From Longimicrobiales bacterium (GTDB lineage: Bacteria; Gemmatimonadota; Gemmatimonadetes; Longimicrobiales; Gaopeijiaceae), in NCBI GenBank assembly GCA_963664435.2, contig CAXXKM010000001.1:1472001-1536000 (forward strand): a stretch of 64,000 nucleotides of DNA. The letters are read 5' to 3'. A program made the translations under genes and the position numbers. The first letter of the stretch is position 1. Each line of letters starts with the position of its first letter. The notes below the pieces were generated by a model, which was not told the origin of the DNA, made no database searches, and saw only the letters and a list, made by a program, of their open reading frames with translations. This document shows positions 31,809-41,381 of the stretch, one piece after another.

Positions 31809-32879
31809 ATGCCCGGTACACCAGCAGCCCGGTGGATGCCGCTCGCCCTGGCCCTCGCCGCACACACCGCTCTGTTCGCCGCGCGCGCCGGCGCGCAGGA
31901 GCCGGCGGCGTGGGGCGGCGATGAACTGTTCTTCCACACCTTCTCGATCGCCGCCATCGATCCCGCGACCGGGGAGTCGGGGGTCGCGGTCACCACCCGC
32001 AACGCCTGCGTGGGCAACGGGGTGCCTTGGGTGCGCGCGGGCGTGGGCGCGGTGGCCACCCAGGCGGCGACCCGCACCGAATACGGCTACGAGCTCCTCG
32101 GCCTGATGGAGGAGGGCGTCCTGCCGCAGGAAGCCCTGGGCCGGCGCCTGGCGGAGGACGACAACCCGACCCGGCGCCAGATCGGCGTCATCGGCGTGGA
32201 CGGCCGCTCCGCCCAGCACACCGGCACCGGCGCCCGCCCGTGGGCCGGGCATCGCGCGGGCCCCAACTACGTCACCCAGGGCAACATCCTGGTGGGGCCG
32301 GAAGTGATCGACGCCGTGGGAGACAGCTTCGAGTCCACCCAGGGCGCGGCCCGCCACCTGGCCGACAGACTCATCGAGGCGCTGCAGGCCGGGCAGCAGG
32401 TGGGCGGGGACGCTCGCCATGGCGAGGCCCAGTCCGCCGCGGTCATGGTCGCCGACCCACGTCCCGGAATGGCCCGCCGCCAGGACGGCCTCACGGTGCA
32501 GATCAACGTGTGCGAGCACGAGGAACCGATCGCGGAGATGCGCCGCATCTACGACAACATCTCCGAGACCCTCGGCTTCCGCACGCTCCAGCAGGAGATC
32601 GGCCGCGACGTATACCAGCTCAAACTCATGCTGCACGAGCTCGGCTATTTCCGCGCGGACGCCGACGACGTCTCGCCCGAGGATGAGGACTGGAACGTCT
32701 ACACCCAGGAAACCGTGGATGCCGTGGACGCGTATCGGGCCGCGCAGGGATGGCTGACGACGGTTCCGGGGTATGTGGATGGAGCTACCATCGAGCGGCT
32801 CTGGAGCCAGCTGGAGGAAGAAGGGAAGGCGGAGGAGGTACGCAGGCGCCTGCTGGAGGTTCAGCGCATCCGGAGATGA
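31809..32879 (+). CDS. DUF1028 (Ntn-hydrolase-like) secreted protein with peptidoglycan-binding-like C-terminus
   Basis: TFSIAAIDP, GVGAVATQA, RQIGVI, QGNIL, GGDAR..QSAA. Confidence 0.85.
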   Translation: MPGTPAARWMPLALALAAHTALFAARAGAQEPAAWGGDELFFHTFSIAAIDPATGESGVAVTTRNACVGNGVPWVRAGVGAVATQAATRTEYGYELLGLMEEGVLPQEALGRRLAEDDNPTRRQIGVIGVDGRSAQHTGTGARPWAGHRAGPNYVTQGNILVGPEVIDAVGDSFESTQGAARHLADRLIEALQAGQQVGGDARHGEAQSAAVMVADPRPGMARRQDGLTVQINVCEHEEPIAEMRRIYDNISETLGFRTLQQEIGRDVYQLKLMLHELGYFRADADDVSPEDEDWNVYTQETVDAVDAYRAAQGWLTTVPGYVDGATIERLWSQLEEEGKAEEVRRRLLEVQRIRR

Positions 32880-32922
32880 GCAGGGTGCCGGACTTCCATG
32901 TCGCCGACATGGGATGCCATAC

Positions 32923-33753
32923 ATGAGCCCACAAACGACGATGACGAGCGAGATGGCGCCGAGTGAACGCCGGCGCGCGCCGCGAGTCCCGCCGGCCATC
33001 CCGGTGCTCGCCCTGGCGGCGCTTCTGCTTCTCCCCGCCCTCGCTCCCGCGCCCGCCACAGCCCAGACCGACCCCACGTTGCTGGCCATCATCGACGAGG
33101 TCGACCGCCTCATGCGCGGCGAATCGAGCACGGGCCGCATGCGCATGGAGATCGACACCGAGAACTGGTCGCGGACGCTCGAGATGCAGGTGTGGTCGCT
33201 CGGGACCGAGTACTCGCTGATTCGCGTCGAGAGCCCGCCGCGCGAGGCCGGCACCGCCACCCTCAAGGTCGAAAACGAGGTCTGGAACTACCTGCCCCGC
33301 GCCGACCGCACCATCAAGATCCCGCCCTCGATGATGCTCGGCTCCTGGATGGGCTCGCATGTCACCAACGACGACCTGGTGAAGGAGAGCCGCATCATCG
33401 AGGACTACGACATCGTCATCTCCTTCGAGGGGGAGCGCGACGGCGACGAGGTCTGGGAGTTCACCATGACGCCCAGGCCCGAGGCCCCGGTGATCTGGGG
33501 CAGCATCGAACAGGCCATCCGCAAGGGCGACCGCATGCCGCTGTGGACGCGCTACTACGACGAGGACGGCACCCTCTCGCGCACCATCACCTTCTCGGAT
33601 TTCGGCCCCATGGGCGGGCGCACCGTGCCCGCGCGCACCGTCATCGAGCCCGCCGACGCCGCGGAACGGACGGTGGTGACCTACCTCGAGCTCGAATTCG
33701 ACGCGGGATTGGAGGAGAGCTTCTTCAGCCTGCGCAACCTGCGGGCGCGCTGA
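32923..33753 (+). CDS. outer-membrane lipoprotein-sorting (LolA-like) protein
   Basis: Signal peptide; P.REAGTATLK, WNYLP, SWMGSHVTNDDL, FSLRNL. Confidence 0.82.
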   Translation: MSPQTTMTSEMAPSERRRAPRVPPAIPVLALAALLLLPALAPAPATAQTDPTLLAIIDEVDRLMRGESSTGRMRMEIDTENWSRTLEMQVWSLGTEYSLIRVESPPREAGTATLKVENEVWNYLPRADRTIKIPPSMMLGSWMGSHVTNDDLVKESRIIEDYDIVISFEGERDGDEVWEFTMTPRPEAPVIWGSIEQAIRKGDRMPLWTRYYDEDGTLSRTITFSDFGPMGGRTVPARTVIEPADAAERTVVTYLELEFDAGLEESFFSLRNLRAR

Positions 33754-33841
33754 TGAAGAAACGGGACCGGCGCGAGCGCGAGCGCGATCGACAGTCGTCG
33801 CGCCCGGAGTCCGAGCCCGGTGCAAACGGCCACATCGGAGC

Positions 33842-35104
33842 ATGAGGCTGATGATCCACCGCATCTGGTGGCGCATCGCCTGGCGCAACCTGTGGCGCAG
33901 CCGGCGCCGCACCCTCCTTACCGCCTCCGCCCTCGCCTTCGGCTTCGTGGCCTCCGTGCTCATGATCGGGTACATGGACGGCATCGTGGAGGAGATGGTC
34001 GCCAACGGGACCCGCGTGGTCACCGGCCAGGTCCGGATCCACGCCGAGGGTTACGAGCCTGAACGGAGCATCCACGACACGATGGGCGGCCGGGAGGGCC
34101 TCGACGTGGAGGCGCTGCTCGCGGCCGTCGAGACCCGGAACGGCGTCGTCGGAGCGGCCCCGCGGCTTTACGGGGGCGGGCTCCTCAGCTCCGGGGACGA
34201 GACCGTGGGGGGCGTGCTGGTGGGCGTCGATCCGGCCCGCGAGGCGGCCGTGAGCCGCTTCGGGAGCGCGCTGGTGGAAGGTCGCATGCCGGCGCCCGGC
34301 GAGATCGCGATGGGCGACGGCATGGCGGAAACGGTCGCGGTCGGGGTGGGCGACGAGGTGGTGCTGGTGGCGCCCGCCGCCGACGGCTCCACCGGCAACG
34401 ACCTGTTCACGGTCTCCGGCATCTTCAGCGTCGGCGTCGGGGCTCTCGACGACAGCTACGCCCTCCTCGAGATGGGCTCGCTCGCGGAGTTGATGGCGAT
34501 GGACCCGGGCCGCATCCACGAGGTGGCGATCGCGGTGGAGGATATTCGCGAGCCGGAGCCCGCCGCGGCGGCGATCCGGGAGGCCGTGGCCGGGATCGCA
34601 CCGGGACTCCGCACCGAACCCTGGTCGATCTTCCAGGACCAGCTGTACTTCATGGTCAACTACGTCGGCGCCGTGAACGTCTACGTCGCGGCCTTCATCT
34701 TCGGGATGGCGGCCTTCGGCGTGGCCAACGCAATGCTCCTGGCGACCTTCGAGCGCCGCCGGGAGTTCGCGGTGGTGCGCGCGCTCGGCACGCCGGGCGG
34801 GGCCATCGGCCGGATCGTGGTCTACGAGGGCCTGCTCCTGGGGCTCATCTCACTCGGAGCGGGCGTCCTGCTGGCCGCGCCGCTGATGGTCTACATCCAT
34901 GAGAATCCCATCGACCTGAGCCGCTACGTCGGGACCTATTCCTTCGCGGGCTCCGCGGTCCGCCCCCTGCTCACCGTCGAGTACTCCTGGGCAGGTCCCC
35001 TGGCGAGCGGGATCGCCCTGGTGGCAACCGGGATCGTCTCGGCACTCCTGCCCGCCTGGCGGGCGGTGCGCGTCCCTCCCGCCGACGCGCTGGCCAATCG
35101 CTGA
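33842..35104 (+). CDS. ABC transporter permease, FtsX/LolC-E type
   Basis: AWRNLWRSRRRT, periplasmic domain, ERRREFAVVRALG, PAWRAVRVPPADAL. Confidence 0.9.
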   Translation: MRLMIHRIWWRIAWRNLWRSRRRTLLTASALAFGFVASVLMIGYMDGIVEEMVANGTRVVTGQVRIHAEGYEPERSIHDTMGGREGLDVEALLAAVETRNGVVGAAPRLYGGGLLSSGDETVGGVLVGVDPAREAAVSRFGSALVEGRMPAPGEIAMGDGMAETVAVGVGDEVVLVAPAADGSTGNDLFTVSGIFSVGVGALDDSYALLEMGSLAELMAMDPGRIHEVAIAVEDIREPEPAAAAIREAVAGIAPGLRTEPWSIFQDQLYFMVNYVGAVNVYVAAFIFGMAAFGVANAMLLATFERRREFAVVRALGTPGGAIGRIVVYEGLLLGLISLGAGVLLAAPLMVYIHENPIDLSRYVGTYSFAGSAVRPLLTVEYSWAGPLASGIALVATGIVSALLPAWRAVRVPPADALANR

Positions 35105-36372
35105 TGGGCCGTCTTCCCACCCTTACCTGGCTGGCGCTGCGCAACCTGGGCCGGGAGTTCCGGCGGAGCGCCCTCACCGCCGCCGCCATGGCGCTGGGGC
35201 TCGCGCTCCTGATCTGGTCCCGCTCCCTGGCCGACGGCGCCCACGAGGACTGGATCGACGCGGGCGTGCGGCTCGGAGAGGGACACGTCACCTTCACCGC
35301 ATCCGGCTACCGCGACAGCAAAAGCCTGGACGACCGCCTGTCGCCCGCCCAGCTGGAGGTGGCGCTGGGGGCGCTCGGTGAGGTCGAACTCCGGGACGCT
35401 TTCGCCGCCGCGCCGCCGCTGGCTTCGGTGCGGGTCGAGACCCGCGGGCTCGCGTCCTCTCCCTACGGCGCGCTCCCGGTGTTCATCGTCGGCGTCCAAC
35501 CCTCGGTCGAACCGGGCTTCTCCAGGCTCGGGGAGGAAGTTGTCGACGGGCGCTACCTGGAAGAAGGCGACCGCCTGCACGCCTTCATCGGTGCGTCGCT
35601 GGCGGAGCGCCTGGGCGTCCGCACCGGATCGCGCATGGTGCTGACGGCGCAGTCGGTCCCGGGGGACATCGAGGGGCAGCTGGTGCGCGTTGTGGGAACC
35701 TACCGCACCGGCGTCCAGGGTCTCGACGAGTCGCTGGTGCACATCCCGCTCGCCACCGCGCGCGCCTGGCTGGGAGTGGAGGGCGCCACCAGCGTCGCCG
35801 TGCTGCTGCCCAACTCGACCTTCACCGATCCGGTACGCGGCGAGCTGGATTCGGCCACGCGTCCCGACGGCATCCAGGTGGTGGGGTGGCCGGAGTCGCT
35901 GCCGGACCTTTACGCGGCGCTCCAGCTCGACGACGGCGGCGACTGGGCCTTCCACGTCATTCTCTTCATCATCGTCGCCCTAGCGATCCTCAACGCCATC
36001 TTCATGTCGGTGCTCAACCGCAAGCGCGAGCTGGGGCTGCTGCGGGCCCTGGGACTGAGCGGCGGCGAGACGGGGCTCGTCGTCTACATCGAGGGCGTGC
36101 TGCTCACGGGCGCGAGCGGGATCGTGGGCGTGGCGCTCGGCATGGTCATCGTGTTCGTGTTCTTCCGCGACGGGATGGACCTTTCGGGGCTGATGCCCGA
36201 CGACATCAACTTCGGGGGCATCGCCTTCGATCCGGTCATGGTCCCGGTGATCCAGGCCAGGCACGTGGTGCAGAGCGTGCTCCTGACGGCGACGATCGGG
36301 CTGGCCGCATCCCTCTTCCCGGCGTGGCACGCGGCCCGCCTGGACCCGGCTGAGTCAGTCAAGGTGGAATAG
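35104..36372 (+). CDS. ABC transporter permease, FtsX/LolC-E type
   Basis: ALRNLGR, NRKRELGLLRALG, PAWHAARLDP. Confidence 0.9.
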   Translation: MGRLPTLTWLALRNLGREFRRSALTAAAMALGLALLIWSRSLADGAHEDWIDAGVRLGEGHVTFTASGYRDSKSLDDRLSPAQLEVALGALGEVELRDAFAAAPPLASVRVETRGLASSPYGALPVFIVGVQPSVEPGFSRLGEEVVDGRYLEEGDRLHAFIGASLAERLGVRTGSRMVLTAQSVPGDIEGQLVRVVGTYRTGVQGLDESLVHIPLATARAWLGVEGATSVAVLLPNSTFTDPVRGELDSATRPDGIQVVGWPESLPDLYAALQLDDGGDWAFHVILFIIVALAILNAIFMSVLNRKRELGLLRALGLSGGETGLVVYIEGVLLTGASGIVGVALGMVIVFVFFRDGMDLSGLMPDDINFGGIAFDPVMVPVIQARHVVQSVLLTATIGLAASLFPAWHAARLDPAESVKVE

Positions 36373-37146
36373 ATGGAAGGGAAGGCGGGTCGGATGGCGA
36401 CGAGTGCGGCGACGAGATCCGCGGCCGACCGTGCGGGGCCTGACGGGCCCGCGGATCATGCGGTGCGGACCGAGGCGCTCTGGAAGATCTATCCGCAGGA
36501 GCCCCGGCCGGTTGAGGCGGTGCGCGGGGTCGACCTCACGGTGGAACGCGGCGAGTTCGTGGCCATGGCGGGCCCGTCGGGTTCCGGCAAGACCACGGTG
36601 CTGAACCTGCTGGGGGGCCTGACGCGTCCCACGCGCGGGAAGATCTGGATCGACGGCCTGGAGCTTTCGGCGCTGCCGGACCGGAAGCTGGCCGCGGTGC
36701 GGCAGAACCACATCGGCTTCGTCTTCCAGTCCTACAACCTCCTGCCCATGCTGACCGCCCTGGAGAACGCCGAATTCACGCTGATGCTTCAGGGCGTGCC
36801 CGCGCGCGAGCGGCGCGAACGCGTGCTCCGACTGTTCCGCGAGATCGGGCTGGAAGGGATGGAACACCGGCGGCCCTTCAAACTGTCCGGCGGCCAGCAG
36901 CAGCGGGTTGCGGTGGCGCGGGCGGTGCTCGGGGCGCCGGCGCTGGTGCTCGCCGACGAACCCACGGCCAACCTGGATTCGACCACCGCCGAGGCGCTCC
37001 TCGACGTGATGCAGCAGCTCAACCGCGACAAGGGCACCACCTTCGTCTTCTCGACCCACGACCCCCGGGTGATGAAGCGCGCGGGTCGCCTGATCCGGCT
37101 GGTGGACGGACGGATCGCGGAGGATGTGGTGCGGGGTGGGGGGTAG
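36373..37146 (+). CDS. ABC transporter ATP-binding protein, LolD/MacB type
   Basis: GPSGSGKT, GFVFQSYNL, LSGGQQQRVA, ADEPTANLD. Confidence 0.93.
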   Translation: MEGKAGRMATSAATRSAADRAGPDGPADHAVRTEALWKIYPQEPRPVEAVRGVDLTVERGEFVAMAGPSGSGKTTVLNLLGGLTRPTRGKIWIDGLELSALPDRKLAAVRQNHIGFVFQSYNLLPMLTALENAEFTLMLQGVPARERRERVLRLFREIGLEGMEHRRPFKLSGGQQQRVAVARAVLGAPALVLADEPTANLDSTTAEALLDVMQQLNRDKGTTFVFSTHDPRVMKRAGRLIRLVDGRIAEDVVRGGG

Positions 37147-38410
37147 CCGGCGGCTGAGCCCGACGCGATCGGCCGCGGGGCGGCCAAAGACGGCGTGCGG
37201 GCCTTCACCGGAAGCTCGCTCGCTGCTCGTTTTTCTCCGGCTTTGCGCCGCTCTCTGGCTCTCCCCCAGCACCGTTGCCGCCCAGCAGCCCGGTCTCTCT
37301 GGATACTACCTGAACGTCGCCACGCATGTGCAGGAGAGCGTGCTCGGGCCGGCGGGCGCGTCGGACGTGCAGCGCCTACGCCTCATGTGGAACGCCTCGC
37401 CCGGGCCGGTGCGCCTGGAGGCCGCCTACGAGCAAACCCTGACGTTACGTCAGGCCGGCGCCCCCGGCGCGCAGCTCTTCACCACGGCCGGGACGGTCTC
37501 CGGAGGCGACTGGTTCTCGCTGGGCGGGGAAATCGAGTCCGGCGAGCGCGCCGAGTGGCGGCACCGGTTCGACCGGCTGAACCTGCGCCTCGACCTGGGC
37601 GGCAGCACGGACCTCACCGTTGGCCGGCAGCCGGTGTCGTGGGCCACCACCCTCGTGCTCACCCCCGCCGACCCCTTCTCCCCCTTCGACCCGGCCGATC
37701 CCTTCCGCGAGTACCGCATCGGGGTGGACGCCGCGCGCCTCCGCTACTACCGCGGGGCGTTCACCCAGTTCGAGGTCGTCGCCCGCCCCGCCCGCATCGG
37801 CGAGCGCGAGACCCTTACCCTGCTCGGGCGCGCGCGCACCAACGCCGCGGGCTGGGACGCGGGGGGATGGGCGGGCCTGGTCCACGACACCTTCGGCGCG
37901 GCGGCCTTCCTGAGCGGGGCGGTGGGGCTGTGGGCGCTCAGGGCGGAGGCGGCCGTGCGTGACCTGGACGGCCGGACGTCGGTGCGCGCCGCCATCGGGC
38001 TCGACCGCACCTTCCCGATCGCGGAACGCGACCTGTACATCGTCATCGAGTACCAGCACGACGGCATGGGCGCCACGTCCCCGGACGAGCTGCTCGCCGC
38101 CGCGACCGGCCGCGCCTTCGCCCAGAGCGAGATGCAGGTCCTCGGCCGCGACACGGGCGTGCTGCAGCTCTCCTACCCGCTGCACCCGCTGGTATCGGCG
38201 AGCGCCCTCTGGCTGGGCAGCCTGCGCGACGGCTCGTTTCTGGTGTCCCCCGGGCTGGGCTACTCGGCGACGGAGAGTCTGGGGCTCCGGCTGGGAGCGT
38301 TTTTCGGCGTCGGCGACGAGCCGGCGGCCGGCGGTCCCACGTGGACGCTCACATCCGAGTACGGCGCCCTGCCCCGAGTGCTGTTCGTGTCGGCGAACTG
38401 GTTCTTCTAG
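37124..38410 (+). CDS. putative outer-membrane beta-barrel protein of the Lol-like operon
   Basis: DRL, TVGRQPVSW, P.DPF, GVDA motifs; terminal aromatic WFF; start uncertain. Confidence 0.7.
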   Translation: MWCGVGGSRRLSPTRSAAGRPKTACGPSPEARSLLVFLRLCAALWLSPSTVAAQQPGLSGYYLNVATHVQESVLGPAGASDVQRLRLMWNASPGPVRLEAAYEQTLTLRQAGAPGAQLFTTAGTVSGGDWFSLGGEIESGERAEWRHRFDRLNLRLDLGGSTDLTVGRQPVSWATTLVLTPADPFSPFDPADPFREYRIGVDAARLRYYRGAFTQFEVVARPARIGERETLTLLGRARTNAAGWDAGGWAGLVHDTFGAAAFLSGAVGLWALRAEAAVRDLDGRTSVRAAIGLDRTFPIAERDLYIVIEYQHDGMGATSPDELLAAATGRAFAQSEMQVLGRDTGVLQLSYPLHPLVSASALWLGSLRDGSFLVSPGLGYSATESLGLRLGAFFGVGDEPAAGGPTWTLTSEYGALPRVLFVSANWFF

Positions 38411-38670
38411 CGCGATGAATCCCCGGGGGGCACATCGAGGCGACCCCAACACCACACTTCCACCTGACGGTCCATCAGGTTCTGCACCTTCTTCAGAGAT
38501 TCCTCATACCGGGCACCGTAGTGCTCCGACGCGGTGTGAAGACAGCGGGCGCACGTGGCTTCACTCACACTGCTCGTATGGAGATCCGTGCCGTTCCCGG
38601 AACACCAGGTCTTCGTCGCATCATGGGGATCCCGCAAGAGGTGCACCGGGTCCGCTCCCCTGGGGTTCAT
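38407..38670 (-). CDS. small Cys/His protein (87 aa), possible zinc-binding motif
   Basis: Strong RBS GGAGGAGG before ATG; H...TWCSG...TCARC. Confidence 0.55.
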   Translation of the reverse strand: MNPRGADPVHLLRDPHDATKTWCSGNGTDLHTSSVSEATCARCLHTASEHYGARYEESLKKVQNLMDRQVEVWCWGRLDVPPGDSSR

Positions 38671-39029
38671 GCTGTCCTCCTCCGGCCCAATCGGAGGCCG
38701 CAATGGGAGCCCCATTCGCATCCATATGCGCCCCAATCCCGGGACGTATATGGGCCCATTCGAATGGAGCCTGTTGCGGTCTCGTGACCCGGGCTGCCGC
38801 ACGGTCGTACAATCGCGGTATGGTCGTTGGCCACATGCGTGGCGCCTCTGTCCTAATGGTGTTGTTGTACCTTAAAGATAGCCATTCTGGTATGGACGTA
38901 GTGTGTACACGGGCAGTATTTTCCATGTTGAAATCATGTATTGGTCGAGATTCCACCATGTGAAAGCCGCGCGCGGAAACCGGGGCGGAGCACGACGGCG
39001 GTTTTGCGCTCGCGGCCCGGAGGCAGCCA

Positions 39030-41351
39030 TTGAACGATCTCAACAGACTCAGAGGGGAGAACACTGCGTTGCGGGACCGGCTCTCCCGGCTGACGGCCGC
39101 CATCCTGCGCATCAGTTCTAGTCTCGACCCGGCCACCGTGCTCCAGGAGTCCGTCGACAGCGCCCGCGCACTGACCGGCACCCGCAAGGGTGTTATTACG
39201 ACGATCGACGAGCGCGGACACCTTCGAGACTTCCACACCTCCGGCTTTTCTCCCGAGCAACTCCGGATGATGATGGGGTGGCCCGACGGAACGTGGCTCT
39301 TCGAGCACCTTCGGGACCGTCCGAATCCTTTCCGGTTGGCGGACTTTCCCGGCTACCTGAGTTCGCTCCGCCTGGCCCCGGCCCCCTGGGCTTCGAGAAC
39401 GCTGCAGGGCGCTCCGATGCACCACCGAGGGGATCATCTCGGCCACTTCTTCCTCGGCGACAAGAAGGACGGCGCGCCATTCACGGCCGAGGACGAGGAG
39501 ATCCTGCTGCTGTTCGCTTCACAAGCGGCGGCCGCGATCGCGAACGCGCGCGCGCACCGCGTCGTCGAGCGGGCGCGGGCCGACCTCGAGGCCCTGGTCG
39601 AGACCTCGCCGGTCGGCGTGGTGGTGTTCGACGCCCGAACCGGTGGTGTGGCGTCGATCAACCGCGAGGCAAAGCGCATCGTTGAGGGGATCCGCGCTCC
39701 AGGTTGCCCGTCGGAGCAACTCCTGGAAGACCTGATGATGCGGCACGGTGACGGGCCGGAGTTCTCGCTCGCGGATCTGCCCCTGGCGCGGCACCTTGAG
39801 GGTGCCACGACCGTGCGCGCCGAGGAAGTCGAGCTTTCGGTGCCTGACGGGCGGACCGTCCGGACGCTCATCAGCGTGACGCCGATCCATTCCGGGTCGG
39901 AAGAACTCGTATCGGTCGTCGTCACCATGCAGAACCTGGGCGCGTTCGAAGAGCTGGAGCGCCAGCGGGCGGAGTTCATCGGCATGGTGAGCCACGAACT
40001 CCGAGCCCCGCTTACCTCCATCAAGGGTTCGACCGCCACCGTGCTCGATACGTCCTCCGCCCCTTCCCGGGCCGAGATGATGCAATTCTTCCGCCTCATC
40101 GACCGGCAGGCCAATCATATGACAGGTCTCATCGCAGACCTGCTGGACGCCGGGGGCATCGAGGCGGGCACACTCACCGTCACGCCCGAACCCTCGCACG
40201 TGGCTTCGCTCGTGGACCGGGCCCGGACCACCTTCCTGAGCGGTGGAGCTCGGCATCCTGTCCTCGTCGACCTCCCGCCCGTCCTGCCGCGGGTGATGGC
40301 CGACCCCGAGCGCATCGTCCAGGTGCTGAAAAACCTCTTCTCCAACGCGGCCATTCGCGCTCCCGAGTCGTCTCCGATCCTGGTCGAAGCGGCGCGCGAT
40401 GGCGTACACGTGGCCATCTCGGTTTCGGACGAGGGAAAGGGATTCCCGCCCGACCGGCTCCCGCACCTGTTCCGGAAGCGCGCGGGCCTCACACGAGGCA
40501 CCGGGCTCGGCCTGGCGATCTGCAAGGGGCTCGTGGAGGCACATGGCGGCCGGATCCAGGTGGAGAGCGGGGGGTCGGGCCTCGGCGCGCGGTTCACTTT
40601 TTCTCTCCCCGCCGCCGGGGAGACGACAGCCGTCTCCTTCCGCAGTCCCGAGCCCCCGATGCGGAACGAGCGCGAGCACACGCGCGTCCTCGTGGTCGAC
40701 GACGATCCGCTTATGCTGCGCTTCGTTCGCGACGCCCTCTCGAAGGCGGGTTATGCCCCGCTCATGACAGACGACCCGCGGGAACTGTCGCGCCTGATCC
40801 GGACCGAGAAGCCCGAGCTCGTCCTTCTCGACCTCATCCTGCCCGGGACCGACGGGATCAAGCTGATGGAGCAGATCCCCATGCTTGCCGACCTTCCCGT
40901 AATCTTCATCTCCGGCTACCGCAGGGACGAAACCATCGCGAAGGCGCTCGAACTCGGGGCGGCGGACTACATGGTCAAGCCGTTTTCGCCGACCGAACTC
41001 GTGGCCAGAGTCCAGGCGACCCTGCGGCGCCTGTCCCAACCGGAGTCAATCGAGCTTGGCGACCTCTGCATCCGCTACGATCGACGGCAGGTGACGCTGG
41101 CCGGTCGCGCTGTCGAGCTGACCGCTATGGAATACGAGGCATTGCGCGTGCTCTCGCGCAACGCCGGACGTGTGACGGCTTACGACGAGTTGCTGCGCCA
41201 GGTGTGGGGCCGGCGCGGCGGGGGCGACCCCGGGCCGGTACGCACCGTTGTGAAAAAGCTCCGTCACAAGCTCGGAGACGACGCGTCCAAACCGGCCTAC
41301 ATTCGCACGCACCGCGGTGTCGGCTACCGTATGGTCGAGCCTGGTTCGTGA
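39030..41351 (+). CDS. cytoplasmic hybrid sensor: GAF-PAS-HisKA-HATPase-REC-OmpR/PhoB wHTH
   Basis: H-box SHELRAPLTSI, DEGKG, GTGLGLAIC, REC VVDDD/LLDL/KPF, wHTH LRHKLGDD...IRTHRGVGY; TTG start. Confidence 0.9.
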   Translation: MNDLNRLRGENTALRDRLSRLTAAILRISSSLDPATVLQESVDSARALTGTRKGVITTIDERGHLRDFHTSGFSPEQLRMMMGWPDGTWLFEHLRDRPNPFRLADFPGYLSSLRLAPAPWASRTLQGAPMHHRGDHLGHFFLGDKKDGAPFTAEDEEILLLFASQAAAAIANARAHRVVERARADLEALVETSPVGVVVFDARTGGVASINREAKRIVEGIRAPGCPSEQLLEDLMMRHGDGPEFSLADLPLARHLEGATTVRAEEVELSVPDGRTVRTLISVTPIHSGSEELVSVVVTMQNLGAFEELERQRAEFIGMVSHELRAPLTSIKGSTATVLDTSSAPSRAEMMQFFRLIDRQANHMTGLIADLLDAGGIEAGTLTVTPEPSHVASLVDRARTTFLSGGARHPVLVDLPPVLPRVMADPERIVQVLKNLFSNAAIRAPESSPILVEAARDGVHVAISVSDEGKGFPPDRLPHLFRKRAGLTRGTGLGLAICKGLVEAHGGRIQVESGGSGLGARFTFSLPAAGETTAVSFRSPEPPMRNEREHTRVLVVDDDPLMLRFVRDALSKAGYAPLMTDDPRELSRLIRTEKPELVLLDLILPGTDGIKLMEQIPMLADLPVIFISGYRRDETIAKALELGAADYMVKPFSPTELVARVQATLRRLSQPESIELGDLCIRYDRRQVTLAGRAVELTAMEYEALRVLSRNAGRVTAYDELLRQVWGRRGGGDPGPVRTVVKKLRHKLGDDASKPAYIRTHRGVGYRMVEPGS

Positions 41352-41381
41352 CGCCCCTCGGCGTTCTTCCCGCCGAGCCCG

